DNA of 32,000 bases from Hungatella hathewayi (GTDB taxonomy: Bacteria > Bacillota > Clostridia > Lachnospirales > Lachnospiraceae). The DNA is taken from the NCBI RefSeq assembly GCF_025149285.1, contig NZ_CP102274.1. One strand, given 5' to 3'. Numbering within the stretch: position 1 is the stretch's first letter; the number at the start of each line of letters is the position of its first letter. Positions 16,874 to 23,381 of this stretch are shown here, in pieces. The notes below the pieces were generated by a model. The model had not been told where the DNA came from. It ran no database searches and saw only the letters and a program-made list of their open reading frames with translations. Both the position numbers and the translations under genes were made by a program.

Positions 16874-18081
16874 AGAAGAGATTTATTGTTATTATACTGG
16901 ATGGATTTGGGATCGGGGCGATGAAGGATGCCTGTATCGTGAGGCCGGGCGATGAAACAGCCAACACGCTCGGAAGTATTTTAAAGGACTCCCCCGACAT
17001 GAAGCTGCCGGTCCTGGAACGGCTGGGGCTGATGAATGCGTTCGGGAGGGAGAGCGCAGCCATGAAATTCAGCCCTTCCGCTAATTACGGGAGATGCGAA
17101 CTGATGCACTATGGTGCGGATACTTTTATGGGGCATCAGGAAATCATGGGAACACTGCCAATAAAACCGACGGCGCATCCATTTCTGGAGAAGGCGGAGG
17201 AGGTAAGCCGGTATTTGAGGCAGAACGGGCATGATGTCCATGTTATCGAGAAACAGGGGCTTAAATATCTGATTGTAGATCGGTACGCCACGGTGGCAGA
17301 CAACCTGGAGGCGGATCCGGGAATGTGCTATAATGTGACGGCGCCTCTTGATTTTATGCCGTTTGAGGAAGAGGTGGAGATCGCCCGCCTGGTCCGCGAG
17401 GTAGTGACCGTGGGCCGTGTGATCGTGTTTGGCGGCACCGGCAACACAATGGAAGATTTGCAGAGGGCGGAAGAGATAAAGCTTGGAAATTATATCGGCA
17501 TTGCATCTGCAAAATCAAAATCGTATGAGCACGGTTATCAGTGCAGACATCTGGGATATGGAGTGGATAAACAGGTACAGGCGCCGACCATACTGACAAA
17601 TGCCGGGGTTCACTGTACGCTCATAGGGAAGGTGGCTGACATTGTGGCTAATGACGGCGGTGAGAGTATTTCCTGCGTCCCGACGGAGGAAGTGATGCGG
17701 CTTACGGTTCAGGCGGTAAAGAACATGGAGAAGGGCTTTGTCTGTACCAATGTGCAGGAGACCGATCTGGCGGGTCATTCACAATCTGCGGCGGCTTACC
17801 GGGAGATACTGGAGACCGCGGACCGGGGAATCGGTGCAGTGCTGGAGGAGATGGAGGCGGAAGATATCCTGGTTGTCATGGCAGACCACGGTAATGATCC
17901 CAATATCGGGCACAGCCGGCATACGAGGGAATGCGTGCCGTTACTCATTTATACAAGGGGGATGAGCGGACGGGAGATTGGTACCAGAAAGACACTTTCG
18001 GATGTTGGGGCATCTGTATGCAGTTTTTTTGGGGTGAAGAGTACGCAGAATGGGACGTCATTTCTAGAAGATCTTCGTTGA
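16870..18081 (+). CDS. yhfW: YhfW-family phosphopentomutase-like metalloenzyme (DeoB / alkaline-phosphatase superfamily)
   Basis: 403-aa ORF with an ATGA overlap onto yhfX. The N-terminal metal/phospho-acceptor block VIILDGFGIGAMKDA resembles DeoB MVLDSFGIGA. The C-terminal block VVMADHGNDPNIGHSRHTRE resembles DeoB TADHGCDP. Confidence 0.85.
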   Translation: MKKRFIVIILDGFGIGAMKDACIVRPGDETANTLGSILKDSPDMKLPVLERLGLMNAFGRESAAMKFSPSANYGRCELMHYGADTFMGHQEIMGTLPIKPTAHPFLEKAEEVSRYLRQNGHDVHVIEKQGLKYLIVDRYATVADNLEADPGMCYNVTAPLDFMPFEEEVEIARLVREVVTVGRVIVFGGTGNTMEDLQRAEEIKLGNYIGIASAKSKSYEHGYQCRHLGYGVDKQVQAPTILTNAGVHCTLIGKVADIVANDGGESISCVPTEEVMRLTVQAVKNMEKGFVCTNVQETDLAGHSQSAAAYREILETADRGIGAVLEEMEAEDILVVMADHGNDPNIGHSRHTRECVPLLIYTRGMSGREIGTRKTLSDVGASVCSFFGVKSTQNGTSFLEDLR

Positions 18082-18132
18082 ACGAAACATGTAAATGCGT
18101 GTTAGGAAGAATTGAAGCTGGTTAAAAAACAC

Positions 18133-18161
18133 TTGAATTTCAGGTTCGAATTGAGTATAAT
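18133..18161 (+). promoter_or_regulatory. Near-consensus orphan sigma-A promoter pointing at the IS3 left end
   Basis: TTGAAT (18133-18138), exactly 17 nt, TATAAT (18156-18161). No ORF with an SD follows before the IS boundary at 18255. Confidence 0.5.
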
Positions 18162-18315
18162 AAAGACATAAAAGGAACAACCGCCCACAAAGTGGTTAAC
18201 CCGATTAATAAGTTACATTCATAGAAATGCCACCCAGTAACTGGTCAAAGTATATGATATGATACCTCTTAAGTAGACAAGATAAATAACCAAAATCTAC
18301 TTAGGAGGTATTTTT

Positions 18316-18993
18316 ATGTCCAAATCCCCTCATACTTCGGAATTCCGTGCAAAGGTGTCACAGGAATACCTTGATGGATTGGGTTCCTATAATTATTTAG
18401 CCACTAAATATAATATCGGGTGTAAAACATTGAAAGAGTGGGTTGCTAAATACAGAATTCATGGAATCGGAGCATTTATTCGTAAAACGGGGAATGCTTC
18501 TTACTCATCCGATTTTAAAACCATGTGTGTCGAAGCGGTTTTATCTGGTGATGGAAGCGTAGATGATATCGCTGCTAAATATAACATTTCTTCAAGAAGG
18601 GTACTCAGCCAATGGGTTGTGAGTTATAATGCCAATAGAGAACTTAAGGATTATGTTCCGAAAAGGGAGGTCTATATGGCAGAGGCCAGAAGAAAAACAA
18701 CCGTTGCTGAACGCAAAGAAATCGTTGAGTATTGTATTAAACATAACCATGATTATAAAGGGACTGCAGGCATTTATAACGTTTCATACAGCCAGGTTTA
18801 TTCCTGGGTAAAAAAGTATGATGTGAATGGAGAAGACGGTTTAACAGATAAACGCGGCCATCACAGAGCAGATAATGAAGTGGATGAACTGGAGCGTTTA
18901 CGGCGGGAAAATCTCAGGTTGAAACGCCAGCTGGAAGAAAAGGATAAGGCTGTTGAACTACTAAAAAAAGTGAAAGAATTCGAAAGGATGTGA
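18316..18993 (+). CDS. IS3-family transposase OrfA (multiple HTH motifs + leucine-zipper-like C-terminus)
   Basis: 225-aa ORF with SD taggaggt. It has repeated HTH-like segments (YLATKYNIGCKTLKEWVAKY, DIAAKYNISSRRVLSQWV, TAGIYNVSYSQVYSWVKKY) and a coiled-coil ELERLRRENLRLKRQLEEKDKAVELLKK. Confidence 0.9.
   Translation: MSKSPHTSEFRAKVSQEYLDGLGSYNYLATKYNIGCKTLKEWVAKYRIHGIGAFIRKTGNASYSSDFKTMCVEAVLSGDGSVDDIAAKYNISSRRVLSQWVVSYNANRELKDYVPKREVYMAEARRKTTVAERKEIVEYCIKHNHDYKGTAGIYNVSYSQVYSWVKKYDVNGEDGLTDKRGHHRADNEVDELERLRRENLRLKRQLEEKDKAVELLKKVKEFERM
18963..18969 (+). other. Programmed -1 ribosomal frameshift heptamer (A AAA AAA g) for the OrfAB fusion
   Basis: An A7G run sits in orfA frame as cta.aaa.aaa.gtg. 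The -1 (orfB) frame is open from 18957, after the stop at 18954-18956, so slippage here reads through ...KK|SERIRKDVKLGKL... into orfB. Confidence 0.7.
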
Positions 18994-19955
18994 AGCTTGG
19001 AAAGCTGCGTTACGAATCAAAATATTTAGCAATCAGACATTTCCATGAAACAGAGCAGTGGAGCATTGCATGGATGTGCAAACAGCTTGAAATCTCAAGG
19101 GCGGCTTATTATAAATGGCTGGACCGGGAGATTCCGAAACAGGAATCGGAAAATCTTAAGCTGGCAGAACTGATTAAAGAATACGATCAACGCTTTGGCC
19201 ATATCTTAGGCTATCGAAGAATGACTTCATGGGTCAATCGCTTTAACCATACTGCTTATGGAAAAAAGCGGGTACATCGGATTATGAAGAAACTGGGTAT
19301 TCAATCTGTAATCAGAAAGAAAAAGAAAAAATATGTATCTTCTCCCCCGGAAACAACCGCAGAAAACAAGCTATGCAGGGATTTTTATGCGTCTGCACCA
19401 AACCAGAAATGGTCTACAGATGTAACTGAGTTTAAAATACCGGGCGAAAAAAAGAAGCTGTATCTAAGTGTAATCATTGATTTATATGACCGATACCCTG
19501 TTTCCTATGTAATCAGCAGCCGGAATGATAATCAACTGGTGTTTAAAACATTTGATAAGGCGGTGATCTCCAATCCGAACGCAGCGCCGATTTTTCATAG
19601 TGACAGAGGTTTTCAATATACGAGCAGAGTGTTTCAGAAGAAACTAAAGGAACATGAAATGGAACAATCCATGTCAAGAGCAGGACACTGTATTGATAAT
19701 GGCCCCACAGAAGGTTTCTGGGGAATTATAAAATCAGAAATGTATCAGATGTATGAAATTACTGATGAAACGACATTGAGACATGCAATAAAGGAATATA
19801 TGAAGTTTTATAGCGCAGAACGTCCTCAAGACAGGTATCATTGTAAGACACCGTTAGAAGTAAGGAATGAGGCAATCGCTGCTGAACATCCAGAAGAATA
19901 CCCTATTCCTAAAAACAAGCGAATCGAAAAATATAAAGAAAAATGGTGTGCATAG
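18990..19955 (+). CDS. IS3-family transposase OrfB (DDE / rve integrase core)
   Basis: 321-aa ORF with the DDE triad contexts WSTDVTEF, IFHSDRGFQYTS and IDNGPTEGFWGIIK. It is in the -1 frame relative to orfA. Confidence 0.9.
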   Translation: MKLGKLRYESKYLAIRHFHETEQWSIAWMCKQLEISRAAYYKWLDREIPKQESENLKLAELIKEYDQRFGHILGYRRMTSWVNRFNHTAYGKKRVHRIMKKLGIQSVIRKKKKKYVSSPPETTAENKLCRDFYASAPNQKWSTDVTEFKIPGEKKKLYLSVIIDLYDRYPVSYVISSRNDNQLVFKTFDKAVISNPNAAPIFHSDRGFQYTSRVFQKKLKEHEMEQSMSRAGHCIDNGPTEGFWGIIKSEMYQMYEITDETTLRHAIKEYMKFYSAERPQDRYHCKTPLEVRNEAIAAEHPEEYPIPKNKRIEKYKEKWCA

Positions 19956-19959
19956 AAAA

Positions 19960-19980
19960 ACGGCCACAAAATGTGGCCGT
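19960..19980. terminator. Hairpin just inside the IS3 right end
   Basis: 9-bp stem acggccaca / tgtggccgt with an aaa loop. An A5 run precedes it on the plus strand, which gives a T5 run after it on the minus strand. It would therefore block inward antisense read-through. Confidence 0.45.
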
Positions 19981-20069
19981 TCATCAGCCCCTCGTTTTAA
20001 ATATTTCACCTGTCTACTTGACAGGGGGCATATCAATAGAGGGTGGTTTTTCTATGCCTTAAATAAGCA

Positions 20070-20153
20070 CTATCGACAGAACGTAAATACGAACGTCAGC
20101 AATGCCAGGATGAACAGTCCAAAAGTCATTAAATCCTTAAAGTCAAATTTCAT
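20070..20153 (-). CDS. 27-aa hydrophobic peptide, putative holin-like / type I toxin
   Basis: It is not in the ORF track. Translation: MKFDFKDLMTFGLFILALLTFVFTFCR. GGAGGTG lies 8 nt upstream of the ATG. It has a single TM helix with a charged N-terminus and basic C-terminus, and resembles the short Firmicute putative holin-like toxin peptides (from memory). Confidence 0.5.
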   Translation of the reverse strand: MKFDFKDLMTFGLFILALLTFVFTFCR

Positions 20154-20161
20154 CCGCATCA

Positions 20162-20188
20162 CCTCCATTCTATGTAGTAGAATGGAGG
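20162..20188 (-). promoter_or_regulatory. SD-sequestering hairpin in the toxin 5' UTR
   Basis: On the mRNA the structure is CCUCCAUUCU-acuacau-AGAAUGGAGG, a perfect 10-bp stem with a 7-nt loop. The 3' arm contains the GGAGG SD of the 27-aa ORF. Confidence 0.55.
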
Positions 20189-20304
20189 TCAACCACCCTG
20201 TAACACGATTGTTCCATAAAATGGTTTATCATAATAAAAAGTATATTTCAATTAAAAACGTTGTATTTCCCGCGGCGTATTTCTGTTCTGCAACAATTTA
20301 TTTT

Positions 20305-21351
20305 CTACGATTTTTTCCAACTAAAATACAATCTTGCTATCACATCTTCAATAGGCGCTCTTCTGATTTCCACATCCTCAATACCTTCAAATTCCGCAAG
20401 GTAACCAAGAACCTCATGGATTGCGGTCTGATTTCGGTTGAACTCGTATTCGTAAATCCCTCCATTGGAAGAGAGCAGCTGTAATCCTGGAATTGCAGGA
20501 GCACTTAAGAGCCCCCCAGCTGCGGCAGACTGCTTATCAGAGCCGGGGCTTCTCATGGTGACAACGATTCTGGAACAGGCGCCGGCCGTATTTCTGAGTT
20601 CATCAAAATTTCCGTCAAATGCAATCTGCCCTTTATTCAGAAGAATAATCCGCTGTGCCATCTCCTCCAGATCATCCATGTCATGGCTTGTGACGATAAT
20701 CGTGGTTCCGCATTCCCGGTTAATTTCCTTTAAAAAGTGTATCATCTGCTGTTTGGCCAGCACATCCAGGCCCAGTGTCGGCTCATCTAGGAAAATTACG
20801 GAAGGATCGTGCAGAAGCAGCATCGCAATATCCGCCCGCATGCGCTGTCCAAGGCTCAGTTCCCTGGCAAATGTGTGAAGGAGGTCTTTCAGATCGAGCA
20901 GTTCCGTTACAAGTGCCAGATTTTTTTTGTATACTGCATCCGGGATTCCCCATACCTCCTTTTTCCATTCGAAGCTGGTAATGACGGGATGATCCCACCA
21001 GGTTTCCGTCCGCTGTCCGAACAGTACGCCAACATGACGCATGAGTTCGATCCGGTCTGTGGCAGGATTGAAACCGGACACGGACACCGTGCCCTCTGAA
21101 GGGCTTAAGATACCGGAGAGGATCTTAATGGTTGTGCTCTTGCCGGCTCCGTTGGCTCCGGCGTAAGCGACAAACTCACCCGGAGCCACTTCGAAGGAAA
21201 GATGATCGAGTGCTGTGATGATGCGTTTCTGAGGGCGAAGCATATTTTTTAAGATATCCCGTGCGTGGCCGCTTCTCTGCCATTGGGAATACTGTTTTGT
21301 AACATTATCGATGACCAAAGCCGGAGTATCGTGGCGAACCGTTGACTGCAT
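20305..21351 (-). CDS. ABC transporter ATP-binding protein (uncharacterised ABC-2 system, COG4586-like) with an approximately 100-aa C-terminal extension
   Basis: 348-aa ORF with Walker A GANGAGKST, signature LSLGQR, Walker B VIFLDEPTLGLD and the H-loop TSHD. It overlaps the upstream permease gene by 47 nt. Confidence 0.9.
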   Translation of the reverse strand: MQSTVRHDTPALVIDNVTKQYSQWQRSGHARDILKNMLRPQKRIITALDHLSFEVAPGEFVAYAGANGAGKSTTIKILSGILSPSEGTVSVSGFNPATDRIELMRHVGVLFGQRTETWWDHPVITSFEWKKEVWGIPDAVYKKNLALVTELLDLKDLLHTFARELSLGQRMRADIAMLLLHDPSVIFLDEPTLGLDVLAKQQMIHFLKEINRECGTTIIVTSHDMDDLEEMAQRIILLNKGQIAFDGNFDELRNTAGACSRIVVTMRSPGSDKQSAAAGGLLSAPAIPGLQLLSSNGGIYEYEFNRNQTAIHEVLGYLAEFEGIEDVEIRRAPIEDVIARLYFSWKKS

Positions 21352-22165
21352 AATATTTCATTCCTTTCTTAAATACATAAATTGTGAACAGTGATAATGC
21401 CAATGCCGCTGCCGGCAGATAACATGCCTGCAAAAGCAGTACAGCGCTTAAGCCGCCGTTCCCTGCTTTTAAAAGCAGCTCCGACGGAAACCAGGCAGCC
21501 AGCCCCACTGGAAGCACGGTCAGGAACAGCCGTTTGACGGAATGGTTCATCGTGCCCAGCGGATAAGTCTTCAGAGAAGTAAATAAATCCCTGCCTGTCT
21601 GGGCGATCTCCTCGGCTGCCGCAGGTGCGTAAAATGCTGCGCAGGACAGGAGGACCATAACGGATAAGACCAATATGGTGGAGCTGACCGCATAGATAAG
21701 CAGCAGAAGCAGCCAGGGCAGTGTGGCGGATAGGGGCAGCCGTCTGACTGTATACGCCGTCAGTCCGATTCCGCATACCAGCATACTGCTTCCAGACAGC
21801 GGGGAAAAGCCCTGGGCCAGCAGTTCTGCCCATAGGGGAACCGGCTGTATCATTATGTGATCCAGCTGCCCCCGTCCTATGATGCGGCTTATCATAGACG
21901 TATTATTACCGATAAAAAACATCATATAGATTCCGTCAACGAGAGTGGAGAAGCCCATCATAAAGAGTATCTCCCCCTGATTCATGCCTCCGAAGCCGCC
22001 GAATTTTTCGGAAAGCAGGAAAACGCCTGCGATGGTACAAACCGCGCATACCGTGTCTGAAAAGATTTGAAGCAGACAGTAGCGGGTGTCCCGAAGAAAC
22101 CACAGGAGGTCCATTTTTGTGTATTGCCTGTAAAGACGAAACAGTATTTTTAAATTATCCACCAA
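21305..22165 (-). CDS. ABC-2 family transporter permease (COG3694/COG4587-type)
   Basis: 286-aa polytopic ORF with about 6 TM segments. It is translationally linked to both neighbours by an 11-nt and a 47-nt overlap. Confidence 0.78.
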   Translation of the reverse strand: MVDNLKILFRLYRQYTKMDLLWFLRDTRYCLLQIFSDTVCAVCTIAGVFLLSEKFGGFGGMNQGEILFMMGFSTLVDGIYMMFFIGNNTSMISRIIGRGQLDHIMIQPVPLWAELLAQGFSPLSGSSMLVCGIGLTAYTVRRLPLSATLPWLLLLLIYAVSSTILVLSVMVLLSCAAFYAPAAAEEIAQTGRDLFTSLKTYPLGTMNHSVKRLFLTVLPVGLAAWFPSELLLKAGNGGLSAVLLLQACYLPAAALALSLFTIYVFKKGMKYYAVNGSPRYSGFGHR

Positions 22166-22985
22166 AAGAAATCATCCTTTCTTTGCTTTTTTTAAATACC
22201 ATGGCCGCTGTAATCCACAAAATCACATTCCAGATAAGCTGCAGCCCAATGGTTCTAAAGGGGGATGCGGCCATGCCGGTATAGATGGTGAGCGGTGCAT
22301 GGGCGATCGAGCCAAAAGGGAGACAGGAAAAAAACTTATCCAGTCCCCATGGAAACAGGGCAAAGGGAATCATTTCCCCTGACAGGAGGGAAAATGCTGC
22401 CTCCCGTATACTGGCTGCTGCCCAGCAGCCATTTTTTAAGAACATGGCAAAAGCGGCAAACAGCAGGTCGAGGGCAAATCCCAGAGAGGCCGAAAGCATC
22501 AGACTGATGAACGCCATCAATCCGGAGGCAGAGTCTGCCGGAGCCGGATTTACATGTAAAAACGGCGAGATGATCAGCAGAGGAAGGCCAAAAAACAGAA
22601 AATTCGGAATCCACCACCGTCCGATCGTTTCAGCGATGAAACTGACCGGAACGGGCACCGGCCGGGTAAAACGTCCAATGACAGAACCTTCCCACAGTGA
22701 GGAGGTAGCCGGTGAAATAATATTTAATTCCTGATGAAAAACGGTTGCCATCAGCGTATATGTCATCAGCTGATTTAATGTCATGCCTCCTAAACCGGCA
22801 CCTTCCCGGTCCAGGGCGGTCCAGATAAAAACGAGCATGACAAACTGAACGGCAGAAACAAGATATCCGCCTGCGATGCACAGGATACCGCCGTCAAAAA
22901 TTTGTTTTGTACACATCAGTACAGTGGAAACAATGGCGCGGGGCCCGCAGCCATGTCCGGCAAGAAATGTCTTAAATTTATTCAT
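22155..22985 (-). CDS. ABC-2 family transporter permease (second subunit)
   Basis: 276-aa polytopic ORF, the first gene of a permease-permease-ATPase operon on the minus strand. Confidence 0.78.
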   Translation of the reverse strand: MNKFKTFLAGHGCGPRAIVSTVLMCTKQIFDGGILCIAGGYLVSAVQFVMLVFIWTALDREGAGLGGMTLNQLMTYTLMATVFHQELNIISPATSSLWEGSVIGRFTRPVPVPVSFIAETIGRWWIPNFLFFGLPLLIISPFLHVNPAPADSASGLMAFISLMLSASLGFALDLLFAAFAMFLKNGCWAAASIREAAFSLLSGEMIPFALFPWGLDKFFSCLPFGSIAHAPLTIYTGMAASPFRTIGLQLIWNVILWITAAMVFKKSKERMISFGG

Positions 22986-23072
22986 GATAGAACTGCCTTT
23001 CTAAAAAATGGAATAATAGAACCCATTTTCCGAAAAGGGCAGATTTTATGTAAAGGGGGCTAATCCCAGAAC

Positions 23073-23106
23073 ATAAAAATACCCGAAAGCGCAGGCACCT
23101 TCGGGT
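23073..23106 (-). terminator. Rho-independent terminator after the 52-aa ORF
   Basis: On the minus strand: acccgaa-(12 nt)-ttcgggt followed by atttttat. Confidence 0.55.
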
Positions 23107-23132
23107 AGAGAAACCATCATGAAAACCGGTCG

Positions 23133-23291
23133 TTAAGACAGCCGGAAAATCGATGAATACGAAGGGAGGACGCTGCTGTTATCGCAAAAATGGGCGCACT
23201 GATACACGGAAGCGTCATTTTTGTACGTAATAACGGCGACATTGTCAATATTTAACCACAGTGTTGTGGCCTTGATTGTGATGCAATGCAT
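23133..23291 (-). CDS. 52-aa hypothetical protein with its own promoter, SD and terminator
   Basis: It is not in the ORF track. Translation: MHCITIKATTLWLNIDNVAVITYKNDASVYQCAHFCDNSSVLPSYSSIFRLS. SD aaGGAGGTGgacgcc precedes the ATG. I recognise no homologue. Confidence 0.35.
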   Translation of the reverse strand: MHCITIKATTLWLNIDNVAVITYKNDASVYQCAHFCDNSSVLPSYSSIFRLS

Positions 23292-23325
23292 GGCGTCCAC
23301 CTCCTTTTTCTAAAATGTTTGTTTT

Positions 23326-23354
23326 AGCATATCATGACAGTGGAGGTGAGTCAA
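23326..23354 (-). promoter_or_regulatory. Candidate promoter of the 52-aa ORF, abutting the IS target duplication
   Basis: On the minus strand: TTGACT (comp. 23349-23354), 17 nt, TGaTATGCT (-10 comp. 23326-23331). Confidence 0.45.
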
Positions 23355-23381
23355 GAATAATATGCCTCTTGATTGTCCCCA
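23354..23381. repeat. 28-bp direct repeat, left copy (target-site duplication)
   Basis: agaataatatgcctcttgattgtcccca is identical to 25192-25219. Confidence 0.9.

Larger units (their letters stand above)
18255..20035 (+). mobile_element. Complete IS3-family insertion sequence (1781 bp)
   Basis: The terminal inverted repeats are TGATATGATACCTCTTAAGTAGACAAG (18255-) and the reverse complement of ...CCTGTCTACTTGACAGGGGGCATATCA (-20035). They match 21/27, or 26/34 when extended, and show the TG...CA ends typical of IS3. A 3-bp direct repeat ATA flanks the element (18252-18254 and 20036-20038). OrfA and orfB overlap in the -1 frame. Confidence 0.88.

Noticed and set aside
11081-18081. A php (yhfV, phosphotriesterase-homology) gene as part of the yhf-type cluster.
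   Set aside because: No ORF of suitable size or with amidohydrolase-type metal-binding motifs exists between or next to the seven genes. I recorded this as a genuine absence rather than a missed gene.
19867-20484. A 205-aa plus-strand ORF spanning the IS3 right end, the toxin locus and the tail of the ABC ATPase gene.
   Set aside because: It crosses a mobile-element boundary and overlaps three better-supported features. It has a low-complexity AT-rich composition and no SD.
21305-21351. The 47-nt overlap between the permease and ATPase genes as a sign of a frameshift or pseudogene.
   Set aside because: Both frames are intact with complete motifs. ATG 21351 has an upstream aaggaa, and an alternative TTG at 21318 would shorten the overlap to 14 nt. 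This is a start-site ambiguity, not gene decay.
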